From: Desulfuromonadales bacterium
GTDB lineage: Bacteria > Desulfobacterota > Desulfuromonadia > Desulfuromonadales > SZUA-540
Length of the DNA: 64,000 bases
NCBI GenBank assembly: GCA_033549025.1
Contig: JAWSUS010000001.1
Location: 325,689 to 389,688, forward strand
Reading direction: 5' to 3'
The translations under genes were made by a program, and so were the position numbers. Below the pieces are notes generated by a model, which was given only the letters and a program-made list of their open reading frames with translations, searched no databases and was not told the DNA's origin. Numbering within the stretch: position 1 is the first letter of the stretch; every line of letters starts with the position of its first letter. Shown in pieces: positions 51,749 through 60,785 of this stretch.

Positions 51749-53818
51749 ATGAATTTTCGTATTGCCGACACCTTCACCGACAGCCTCGCCAAACTGACTG
51801 GCGAAGAGCAGAAGTCCGTGAAAACCACGGCCTTCGATCTGCAACTGAACCCGGCCAACCCCGGCATGAGCTTCCACAAACTCGACAAAGCCAGAGACAA
51901 GAATTTTTGGTCGGTTCGGGTCAGCAGCGACCTGCGCATCATCGTTCACAAGACCAAAGACAGCCTGCTGTTGTGTTACGTCGATCACCACGACCCCGCC
52001 TACCACTGGGCCAGCCGCCGCAAACTCGAAACCCACCCCAAAACCGGCGCCGCTCAGCTCGTTGAGGTCAGGGAAACCATCCAGGAAATCGCGGTTCCGG
52101 TCTATGTGCAGACGGAAGCCCTGGCACCCGAAAAGCCGCTTCTCTTTGCCGGTATCGCCGCCGAAACCCTGCTGAGCTATGGCGTGCCGGAAGAATGGCT
52201 GGACGATGTGCGTGCCGCCAACGAGGACACGCTGCTCGAACTGGCCGACCACCTGCCGAGCGAGGCATCCGAGGCGCTGCTCGATCTGGCGGTCGGCGTC
52301 AAACCGACCTTGTCGCAGCCTGTCCCTGACGATGTCAGCCCCTTCGATCACCCCGATGCCCAGCGTCGTTTCCGCCTGATGACCAATGTGGCAGAGCTGG
52401 CACAGGCTCTCGATTATCCGTGGGAGAAATGGACAGTTTTTCTCCATCCGGCGCAAAGGGAACTGGTTGAGCGGGATTACAGCGGTCCGGCGCGGGTCTC
52501 TGGCTCGGCCGGAACCGGCAAGACGATCGTTGCGCTGCACCGGGCGGTTTATCTGACCCGCAACAATCCCGATGCCCGGGTCTTGCTGACGACCTTCTCC
52601 GAGTCACTGGCCAGTGCGCTGCGCACCAAGCTGAGAAGGCTGATCGGCAACGAACCCCGGTTGGGCGAGCGGCTCGAAGTCCACGCCCTGGACACCATCG
52701 GCGAGCGCCTGTACGGGTTCCACTTTGGCAAACCGAAAATCGCATCGCGAGAGGACATTCGCACTCTACTCACTCGGGCTGCAAGTGAGGTCGACACCCA
52801 TAAATTCACCGCCCGGTTTCTGCTCACCGAATGGGAACAGGTGGTCGATGCCTGGCAGCTCAAGGATTGGGAGGCTTATCGCGACGTCGTGCGGTTGGGG
52901 CGGAAAACGCGCCTCCCCGAAAGCCATCGGCAGGCGCTCTGGGCCATCTTCGCCAAGGTTCGGCAAAGGCTCGAAACAGAAGGTCTGGTGACTCATGCAG
53001 ATATGTTCAGCCAGCTCGCCGGTCAATTGTCCACAAGCCGCAACCGTCCCTTTGATTTCGCGGTTGTCGATGAAGCCCAGGACATCAACGTTGCCCAGTT
53101 GCGCTTCCTCGCCGCCCTTGCCGGCAGCGACAACAGCCTGTTCTTTGCCGGCGACCTGGGGCAGCGAATCTTTCAGCAGCCCTTCTCCTGGAAATCCCTT
53201 GGCGTCGACATTCGCGGCCGCTCCCGCAACCTGCGCATCAACTATCGCACCTCCCATCAAATCCGCATGCAAGCCGACCGCCTGCTGGGACCGGAAGTGA
53301 CCGATGTCGACGGGAACATCGAAGAACGGCGCGGCACCACCTCGGTCTTCAATGGCCCGCCGCCGACCATTTTGGCCTGTGATTCGGTAGAAGCAGAGAC
53401 GCAGGCCGTGGTTCACTGGTTGCAAGAGCGAAAGGACCAGGGGCTGATGCCCCACGAGTTCGGCGTTTTCGTCCGTTCGGCCAACGAGCTGGAACGCGCC
53501 AGGGATGCGGTTGCCGCCGCCGATCTGCCCTTTGTGATTCTCGATGAAAAGGTTGAGACGGTCAGCGGCCAGGTTTCGATCAGCACCATGCATCTGGCCA
53601 AAGGATTGGAATTCCGCGCTGTGGTCGTCATGGCCTGTGATGACGAAATCATTCCCCTCCAGGAAAGGATCGAAACGGTCTCCGACGATGCCGACCTGCA
53701 AGAGGTCTACGACACCGAACGGCACCTGCTCTATGTCGCTTGCACCCGGGCGCGTGATCATCTGCTGATTACCAGTGGGGACATGCCGTCGGAGTTTCTG
53801 GATGATATGGGTTGTTGA
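51749..53818 (+). CDS. SF1 UvrD-like helicase with N-terminal RelE/ParE-like domain
   Basis: GSAGTGKT, VDEAQD, GDLGQ, NYRT, HLAKGLEF, LYVACTRAR; first ~90 aa match the RelE-fold pattern (NPANPG..HKL..WSVRV..DLRII..YVDHHD). Confidence 0.85.
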   Translation: MNFRIADTFTDSLAKLTGEEQKSVKTTAFDLQLNPANPGMSFHKLDKARDKNFWSVRVSSDLRIIVHKTKDSLLLCYVDHHDPAYHWASRRKLETHPKTGAAQLVEVRETIQEIAVPVYVQTEALAPEKPLLFAGIAAETLLSYGVPEEWLDDVRAANEDTLLELADHLPSEASEALLDLAVGVKPTLSQPVPDDVSPFDHPDAQRRFRLMTNVAELAQALDYPWEKWTVFLHPAQRELVERDYSGPARVSGSAGTGKTIVALHRAVYLTRNNPDARVLLTTFSESLASALRTKLRRLIGNEPRLGERLEVHALDTIGERLYGFHFGKPKIASREDIRTLLTRAASEVDTHKFTARFLLTEWEQVVDAWQLKDWEAYRDVVRLGRKTRLPESHRQALWAIFAKVRQRLETEGLVTHADMFSQLAGQLSTSRNRPFDFAVVDEAQDINVAQLRFLAALAGSDNSLFFAGDLGQRIFQQPFSWKSLGVDIRGRSRNLRINYRTSHQIRMQADRLLGPEVTDVDGNIEERRGTTSVFNGPPPTILACDSVEAETQAVVHWLQERKDQGLMPHEFGVFVRSANELERARDAVAAADLPFVILDEKVETVSGQVSISTMHLAKGLEFRAVVVMACDDEIIPLQERIETVSDDADLQEVYDTERHLLYVACTRARDHLLITSGDMPSEFLDDMGC

Positions 53819-53928
53819 TTGGGATATTTGCGAATGAATTTCAAATTTAACGACCGAGTGCCCCTTATAAGTGACACGACAGTCGCAGGTTTCGCCACAG
53901 AACGCACAAGCCCCCTTTCGGTTTTCGG

Positions 53929-56900
53929 ATGATTATGCTCATTGCTGACCTAATTAAGGGGTCACTTCTCATTGATCTTGAAACAACTCCCGAAGGTAAA
54001 ATCTTCAAAATCGGGGCGGTGTTTCAGGATCAAACTTTTGAGAAGCAAGGTAAATTCAATCTCAAAGAAGCCCTAGCAGAACTTGATCAGTTCGGCCGCG
54101 AAGCGAGCTATGTGCTGGGGCACAACCTCCTTGGCCATGACCTGCCTCTTCTAGATGCCCTTGCCCCCGATCTAGCCCTACTGAAAAAGCCAGTCATCGA
54201 CACCCTTTACCTTTCCCCGCTTGCATTTCCTGAAAATCCCTACCATCGTTTGGTCAAAGACTACAAACTGGTTCGTCAATCGGTGAATGATCCGGTCGCC
54301 GACGCCCGCCTGGCGGCATCGATCTTTGCCGATCAGTGGGAAGCTTTTGAACAACTTAAGCAGCAGGCCCCACGCGTGCTCGATTTCTACCGGTTCTGCT
54401 TCGAGAACTCTGAAGGTCCTTCTTCCAAGTGGGAGGGGCTTTGTGAAGTCTTTAAAGGCCTGGGAGCAAACCCCATCGAGCTGGAAGATTCGATCAAGGT
54501 TCTGATCGAAGTCACCGAAGGGAAAGTCTGCAAAACAGCTCTGAGAACAGTTTCGAAGCAGTACATCTGGGATCCGCAAGAGTGCGCGACTCTCGCCTAT
54601 TGCATCGCCTGGTTGCGTGTCTCGGGGCACAATTCTGTCCTTCCGCCCTGGGTTCGCAAGACCTTTTCGGGGACGGTCTCAATTCTCAAACAACTGCGCG
54701 ATATCCCGTGTGATGATTCGGAATGCGGTTACTGTCGCGAAAACCACGAACCAACCAGTCAATTGTCTCGCTATTTTGGTTTTTCGGCCTTCAGACAACA
54801 ACCTGCGACCCCGGAGGGGACAAGTCTGCAAGAAGCTATCGTACGCTATGGGATGAGCGATCAGTCGCAACTGGCCATCCTGCCGACCGGGGGAGGAAAA
54901 TCACTCTGTTATCAGTTACCCGCCCTGGTGAGAAACCATAGGCGGGGTACCTTGACCATTGTCATCTCGCCGCTTCAGGCGCTGATGAAGGACCAGGTCG
55001 ATAACCTGGTAGCCAAAACAGGGACACCCTTTGCAGCCGCGCTGTACGGGATGTTAACGCCCCCGGAGAGAGGGCAGGTTCTTGAATCGGTGCGTCTGGG
55101 CGACATTGCCATCCTGTATGTTTCGCCGGAGCAATTGCGCAACCGCTCCTTCAAGGAGGTCATCAGTCAACGTGAGATCGGTTGCTGGGTGTTTGACGAA
55201 GCCCACTGCCTGTCCAAATGGGGGCATGATTTCCGTACGGACTATTTGTACGCTGCCCGATTTATCCGCGAGTTTTCCAAGGAACAAGGCGTGCCGATCC
55301 CGGCAATCGCATGTTTTACAGCCACGGCGAAAAAGGCGGTTGAAGAAGAGATCGTCGACTACTTTCGGCGTGAATTGGGCCAGGAACTACGCATGTTTGA
55401 GGGCGGTGTCGAGCGCAATAACCTGCATTTCGAGGTGCAGACCGTCAACCGGGCCGAGAAAATGGAGAGGGTTTATGATCTGCTGACTGAACGTCTGACC
55501 CCGGAGGGGGCTGCCGTCATTTACGCGGCGACCAGGCGTCAGACTGAAACTATCCATGAATATTTAGTGAAGAAGGGAGTCTCTTCTGCGGCCTTTCATG
55601 CTGGGCTGAAAGTTCCTGTCAAAAAGCAGATCCAGGAAGACTTTATCGGCGGGAACATCCAGGTGATTGTTGCCACCAATGCCTTCGGGATGGGAATCGA
55701 CAAGGATAATGTTCGGCTGGTTGTCCACGCGGAGATTCCTGGTTCACTGGAGAACTACCTGCAAGAGGCGGGACGGGCCGGTCGTGACCAACGGGATGCC
55801 GAGTGCATTCTGCTCTACGATGAACACGACATCGAGACCCAGTTTAAGATGGGGGCTCTGTCGGAGTTGAGTTTGCGCGACATCTGGCAAATTCTTCGGG
55901 GTTTACGAAAGGCTAAAAAAAACCGGGACGGCGAGATTGTGATTACCGCTAGCGAAATTTTGCGGAGTGAGGCCGTTGATACCAGTTTCGACCAAGGAGA
56001 TAATCAGGCCGACACCAAGGTGCGGACTGCCGTGGCCTGGCTCGAACGAGCGGGGTTTGTCGAGCGCAATCATAACAGTACCGGCGTTTTTCAGGGGCGA
56101 CCTGCCATCCGGAATCTCAAAGAAGCCCATGAAAAAATTTCGGCTCTTAACTTGCCGCTGCTGACCAGCCGGCGCTGGATGGCGATCTTGACGGCACTGA
56201 TGAATGCCAACCCGGATGAGGGGTTGAGCGCCGATCAGTTGGCGGAGCTGCCGGAATTTCTCGACCCGCCGGAACAGGATGCTGAAGGGGAGAATGCACC
56301 TCGGATGGCGGACTCCCAGCGCATCCTCAAAACTCTTAACGACATGGCCGACGCAGGTTTGATCAAGCGAGATCTCCTGCTGACGGCCTTTGTGCGCTAC
56401 AAGATAGCGAACCATTCCTTGCTGGCCCTCGACAAAGTCTGTGAATTGGAAACAGCGCTGTTGAAGGTGCTTCAGGAGGAGGAGCCAGATGCCGAAGGTT
56501 GGTTGCATCTAGCCCCGCGTAAGGTTAATCAGCGACTTCTGGATCAGGGTTTTGCCAGCGTTCCGGAATTTTTGTTGTCTCTGCTCAGCAGTCTTGCCCG
56601 TGATGGTAAAGGTCTGGCTGGTCAACGCGGTAGCTTGGACCTAATCTATATCAGCGCCGAGCATTATCGCGTCAAGCTGCATCGTGACTGGGAAGCTTTG
56701 ATCAAAACGGCCAAGCTACGCTCCGATCTGGCTAAAGTCCTCCTGGAAGCTATTGTCGGCAAGATCCCCGAATCGACGCCGCCAGGGGCCGACATTCTGG
56801 TGGAGTTCTCTCTTGACGATCTGATGGCCGCTCTTAAGTCCGACATGTTCCTTGCGGGTCAGGTCAAAAATGAACTGGCCGCGATTGAACGGGCGCTGAT

Positions 56901-59151
56901 GTTCCTGCATGAGCAGAAGGTGATCGTGCTTCAACAGGGGCTGGCAGTGTTTCGCCAGGCCATGACCATTCGTTTGCTGGAGACGAAGCGGAAGTACACC
57001 AAGGGAGATTACAACCCGCTGGAACATCACTACAAGGAACGGACGTTCCAGGTCCATGTCATGAACGAATATGCCCGCCTCGGTGCGGAAAAGATCAAGC
57101 AGGCGCTTGGCCTGGTCGCGGCCTATTTTGCTATGGACAAACGGGACTTCGTGCAGAAGTTTTTTGCCGGGCGCAAGGAAGTGCTGGATCGCGCGACGAG
57201 CCAGGATTCCTATCGGCGGATTGTCGATAATCTGGAAAATCCAACCCAGATGGCGATAGTCTCTGCACCTGCGCATGAAAACATGCTGGTGTTGGCTGGG
57301 CCGGGGTCGGGGAAAACACGCGTCGTCGTACACCGTTGTGCCTATCTCCTGCGCGTGATTCGTGTCCCGGCAAAGAGCATCCTTGTTCTCTGCTTCAATC
57401 GACAAGCTGCTAGCACCTTGCGACATCGCCTGTGGGAGCTGGTTGGCACGGACGCTGTCGGGGTCACGGTCCTGACCTACCATGGTTTGGCCATGCGCCT
57501 GACGGGAACCTCATTTGCCGATCGGTTGGCCAAGGAGGGGGATGAAGCAATCGATTTCGATGCCCTTATTGATCAGGCCATCCGTTTGCTGAGGGGTGAG
57601 GAGGAGCTTCCCGGCCTTGTGCAAGATGAGTTGCGCGACAGGCTGCTGGCGGGCTATCAGCATATCCTGGTGGATGAATACCAGGACATTGACCAGAGGC
57701 AGTATGATCTGGTCTCGGCCATCGCCGGCCGGACCCTTGATGATGAAGATGCCAAACTGGCCATTATGGCCGTCGGTGACGATGACCAGAATATCTACAC
57801 ATTCCGAGGCGCAAACGTATCTTTTATCCGGCAATTCGAGAAGGACTACAAGGCCCGTTTCCATCACCTGGTTGAGAACTTCCGCTCAACGGCCAACATC
57901 ATTGCTGCGGGAAATGCGCATATTGCCGCGAATCGCGACCGCATGAAGACGGAGTATCCCATCCGGATAAACAAAGGGCGTGAACGGCTGGCTGCGGGGG
58001 GCGATTGGACCCACCTTGATCCTTTTACCAAGGGACGTGTTCAGGTGCTGGAGGTTGCTGATCGGTATTCACAGGCAAAAGCTCTGGTTGCGCAACTGGA
58101 GAAGCTGAAGAAGTTTCATCCGGCCCTGAACTGGTCGGATTGTGCAGTCCTGTCACGAACTCACGAAGAGTTGGGGGCTATTCGTGCGGCACTCGAATAT
58201 GTTGGGATACCTGTTACTTATTCCAGGCAAGATCTGAGTCTGCCCATTGGACGTGTTCGAGAAATCCAACAGTTTTTTGCGACCCTCGAACCCTTACGTC
58301 ATGACCTGAAGCGGGCGACAGAACTGGAACGGGTGCTCGTTGACGTCGCGGGAACTAAGGTCGCTTCCCAGCACCCCTGGTGGGGGTTGCTCTTGACCTG
58401 TCTGCAAGCCTGGCATGCCGAGACCGGGAATTCTGAACTTCCGGTGCAACAGGCTATCGACTACCTCTGGGAGGCTTTGGTTGAGCAGAAGCGTGATCGT
58501 TTCATGGGTCGGGGGGTATTCCTCAGCACGGTACATTTTGCCAAGGGCACGGAGTTTGATCACGTTTTTGTTGCCGATGGCGGCTGGAATCCTCGCAAAG
58601 ACGCCGATGAAGAAGAACGCCGCGTTTATTATGTCGGCATGACCCGAGCTAAACAAACGCTGAGTCTATTCCATCGCAGCGATGAGCAAAATCCATTTGT
58701 TGGTGCTTTACAGAAGACGTTAAGCGGGGAGCAGCTTGTGGTTCTCCCCCCGGGTGAAAAATCGATTCCGGATACCGTTTTGAAGAGACGCTATGACATC
58801 ATCGGCATGAAGGATGTCTATCTCGATTATGCTGGGCGTATGCCAGAGTCGAATCCTGTGCATCAGCACCTGCATAAGGTTAATATCGGGGATCCGGTTC
58901 ACCTTAAATCCACGAATGACAATCTGGAGATTTGGTGCGGAGGCGGTCACCCTGTAGCGAAATTATCAAAAAGCGCCAAAGAACAATGGGCGCCAGTTTT
59001 AGGGCAGATTGAGGCTGTCAAAGTGCTCGCCATGATTGAACGCCGATCGGATGATGCAAAGGACCCGGGCTATATGGCTTTGTTGAAGGTTGATCGCTGG
59101 GAGGTACCTATACTGGAGGTAGTTTGGGCTTCTGTGCTCCCCAATGCTTAA
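53929..59151 (+). CDS. Giant DnaQ-like exonuclease - RecQ helicase - UvrD helicase fusion
   Basis: IDLETT/GHN/HDL/IDTL; LPTGGGKS, DEAHC, QEAGRAGRD; LAGPGSGKT, VDEYQD, VGDDDQ, NFRS, EERRVYYVGMTRAK. Confidence 0.88.
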   Translation: MIMLIADLIKGSLLIDLETTPEGKIFKIGAVFQDQTFEKQGKFNLKEALAELDQFGREASYVLGHNLLGHDLPLLDALAPDLALLKKPVIDTLYLSPLAFPENPYHRLVKDYKLVRQSVNDPVADARLAASIFADQWEAFEQLKQQAPRVLDFYRFCFENSEGPSSKWEGLCEVFKGLGANPIELEDSIKVLIEVTEGKVCKTALRTVSKQYIWDPQECATLAYCIAWLRVSGHNSVLPPWVRKTFSGTVSILKQLRDIPCDDSECGYCRENHEPTSQLSRYFGFSAFRQQPATPEGTSLQEAIVRYGMSDQSQLAILPTGGGKSLCYQLPALVRNHRRGTLTIVISPLQALMKDQVDNLVAKTGTPFAAALYGMLTPPERGQVLESVRLGDIAILYVSPEQLRNRSFKEVISQREIGCWVFDEAHCLSKWGHDFRTDYLYAARFIREFSKEQGVPIPAIACFTATAKKAVEEEIVDYFRRELGQELRMFEGGVERNNLHFEVQTVNRAEKMERVYDLLTERLTPEGAAVIYAATRRQTETIHEYLVKKGVSSAAFHAGLKVPVKKQIQEDFIGGNIQVIVATNAFGMGIDKDNVRLVVHAEIPGSLENYLQEAGRAGRDQRDAECILLYDEHDIETQFKMGALSELSLRDIWQILRGLRKAKKNRDGEIVITASEILRSEAVDTSFDQGDNQADTKVRTAVAWLERAGFVERNHNSTGVFQGRPAIRNLKEAHEKISALNLPLLTSRRWMAILTALMNANPDEGLSADQLAELPEFLDPPEQDAEGENAPRMADSQRILKTLNDMADAGLIKRDLLLTAFVRYKIANHSLLALDKVCELETALLKVLQEEEPDAEGWLHLAPRKVNQRLLDQGFASVPEFLLSLLSSLARDGKGLAGQRGSLDLIYISAEHYRVKLHRDWEALIKTAKLRSDLAKVLLEAIVGKIPESTPPGADILVEFSLDDLMAALKSDMFLAGQVKNELAAIERALMFLHEQKVIVLQQGLAVFRQAMTIRLLETKRKYTKGDYNPLEHHYKERTFQVHVMNEYARLGAEKIKQALGLVAAYFAMDKRDFVQKFFAGRKEVLDRATSQDSYRRIVDNLENPTQMAIVSAPAHENMLVLAGPGSGKTRVVVHRCAYLLRVIRVPAKSILVLCFNRQAASTLRHRLWELVGTDAVGVTVLTYHGLAMRLTGTSFADRLAKEGDEAIDFDALIDQAIRLLRGEEELPGLVQDELRDRLLAGYQHILVDEYQDIDQRQYDLVSAIAGRTLDDEDAKLAIMAVGDDDQNIYTFRGANVSFIRQFEKDYKARFHHLVENFRSTANIIAAGNAHIAANRDRMKTEYPIRINKGRERLAAGGDWTHLDPFTKGRVQVLEVADRYSQAKALVAQLEKLKKFHPALNWSDCAVLSRTHEELGAIRAALEYVGIPVTYSRQDLSLPIGRVREIQQFFATLEPLRHDLKRATELERVLVDVAGTKVASQHPWWGLLLTCLQAWHAETGNSELPVQQAIDYLWEALVEQKRDRFMGRGVFLSTVHFAKGTEFDHVFVADGGWNPRKDADEEERRVYYVGMTRAKQTLSLFHRSDEQNPFVGALQKTLSGEQLVVLPPGEKSIPDTVLKRRYDIIGMKDVYLDYAGRMPESNPVHQHLHKVNIGDPVHLKSTNDNLEIWCGGGHPVAKLSKSAKEQWAPVLGQIEAVKVLAMIERRSDDAKDPGYMALLKVDRWEVPILEVVWASVLPNA

Positions 59152-59308
59152 GAGGCTGCCCGTTCATGCTGCGGAGGTTGGATCCTGTCAAGGGCTGATG
59201 GCGAAGAAGGGGTCGCATGCAGGGAGGGAATTTTGGGGTTGTTCTGGATTTCCCGCATGTCGACATACTTCGTCAATCAAGTAAAAGGCAGAGACTTTCC
59301 CACCCCTG

Positions 59309-59803
59309 CTACACCAAGCCCTTCAGAAAGCCGGCAAACAGAACTTCAATCTCCCCCAGTTTTTCGGTAAGAGTGTGCCCCGCGTTGAAGACATGGAGGT
59401 CTGCCCGAGCCCTTTGGGCAAATTGCAGCACGTTCGCGACCGGCACCACGTCATCCTGCCAGCCCTGGACGATCACGGTCTTTTCGGCATAGGGTTGAAT
59501 GTCCTGCCGGGCATAACCCGGCATGCCGAGCGCCGGGGCCATCAAAAACAATCCTACAGGACGAAGTACCTCGGAAGCGGCGGTGGCGACATAGCCGCCC
59601 ATGCTTGAGCCGATAAGAATGTCCGGGGGCTGTTGATCCTCCAAAAGGGATAATAGCTTCGCCAGGCGGACTTCAGGGTCAAATGAATCGGTAAAGTCCG
59701 GGGCCAGGGTTTCATGGCCAAGAGATTCAGCTACCTGCGATAGTCTGGATATTTTTCGACCTTGTGGGCCGGATTCTTTTCCATGAACAAAGCAGATGCG
59801 CAT
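59309..59803 (-). CDS. Small alpha/beta hydrolase (YqiA/YcfP-like)
   Basis: FVHG, GSSMGG nucleophile elbow, DDVVP, GH; ATG 59803 with GGAGG RBS. Confidence 0.85.
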   Translation of the reverse strand: MRICFVHGKESGPQGRKISRLSQVAESLGHETLAPDFTDSFDPEVRLAKLLSLLEDQQPPDILIGSSMGGYVATAASEVLRPVGLFLMAPALGMPGYARQDIQPYAEKTVIVQGWQDDVVPVANVLQFAQRARADLHVFNAGHTLTEKLGEIEVLFAGFLKGLV

Positions 59804-59893
59804 TGTGAAGACCTCCAGGTGATGTGCTACCAGTTTAGCATGAAGTCTAATCTCAGCCCGTTTATTCTGACCAATCATTAGACCGTGCCCTAG

Positions 59894-59987
59894 TGATAGA
59901 TGGATTGCTTTGCCTTTTGTCTATCAATAGACTTGTAAATTAGATTTGATAGGAGTATTATCTCAGGCTCTAAAAAGTGTGTGATAG
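59894..59987. promoter_or_regulatory. Candidate res site for the resolvase
   Basis: TGATAG at 59894, 59947, 59982 and CTATCA at 59921, in AT-rich DNA upstream of the recombinase. Confidence 0.5.
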
Positions 59988-60069
59988 GTTTGTTTTTGAT
60001 TTAAGGAGATAGCCCGAGTGGGACAGCAATTTTGTCCGGGTTTAATCCTCCTGGGAGAGGAGGTATATC

Positions 60070-60648
60070 TTGATTGTTGGGTATGCGAGAGTTAGTACGA
60101 CAGGGCAGAGTCTTGATGTTCAGTTAGAGCAACTGCAAACTGCGGGGGTGGAGAAGATTTTTCAAGAGAAAATTTCTGGGGTTAAGCAAAGTAGACCCCA
60201 GTTGCTTGCGATGCTCGATTTTGTTCGGGAAGGGGATACCGTAGTCTGTTGCAAGTTGGACAGGATTGCTCGCAGCACTAGACATCTCTTGGAAATAGTA
60301 GAAGCATTGGAAGTCAAAGGAGTCTCTTTCAAGGTGCTTAATATAAATCTGGATACTTCGACTCCGACGGGAAGGCTGATGCTGACCATGTTAGCAGGAA
60401 TCGCCACATTTGAACGTGAGATGATGCTAGAGAGACAGGCCGAGGGCATTGCAAGGGCTAAGGCTGCTGGGAAATTTAAGGGGAGGAAGCCAACGGCACA
60501 AAGTAAGTCACCGGAGATCCGCAATCTTGCCGGTCAAGGGGTGCCTCGCCAAAAAATTGCTGACCAACTCGGTATCGGGGTTGCGAGCGTTTATAGGGTT
60601 TTGGCAAAGGATAAAAAGGAAAAGGCAGAGGGCAAAAATGCCCTCTGA
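60070..60648 (+). CDS. Serine recombinase (resolvase/invertase)
   Basis: GYARVST (catalytic Ser), KLDRIARS, GRKP, C-terminal HTH IADQLGIGVASVYR; GAGGAGG RBS, TTG start. Confidence 0.95.
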   Translation: MIVGYARVSTTGQSLDVQLEQLQTAGVEKIFQEKISGVKQSRPQLLAMLDFVREGDTVVCCKLDRIARSTRHLLEIVEALEVKGVSFKVLNINLDTSTPTGRLMLTMLAGIATFEREMMLERQAEGIARAKAAGKFKGRKPTAQSKSPEIRNLAGQGVPRQKIADQLGIGVASVYRVLAKDKKEKAEGKNAL

Positions 60649-60662
60649 AGGTAAAACTACAA

Positions 60663-60694
60663 CGGCAAAAAGATCGGCAAAAAGATCGGCAAGA
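60663..60694 (+). repeat. Three tandem CGGC(A)nGAT repeats
   Basis: CGGCAAAAGAT, CGGCAAAAAGAT, CGGCAAGAT; ATCGGCAA recurs at 60774-60781. Confidence 0.7.
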
Positions 60695-60785
60695 TTGCGG
60701 GAAGCAAGAAAAATAGTTTGCGTTCAAATGAAGCGATTATATATAGTTAAAGAAAACCTTTGCGAACATCCATATCGGCAATAAT

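Noticed and set aside
59309..59803. Hydrolase as a Lamassu effector
   Set aside because: It is on the opposite strand, 10 kb away, and has no ABC-3C C-terminal domain.
36376..59893. 11-bp direct repeat CCGTGCCCTAG at 36376 and 59883 as a target-site duplication
   Set aside because: Many 11-mer matches are expected by chance in 28 kb, and no terminal inverted repeats support it.
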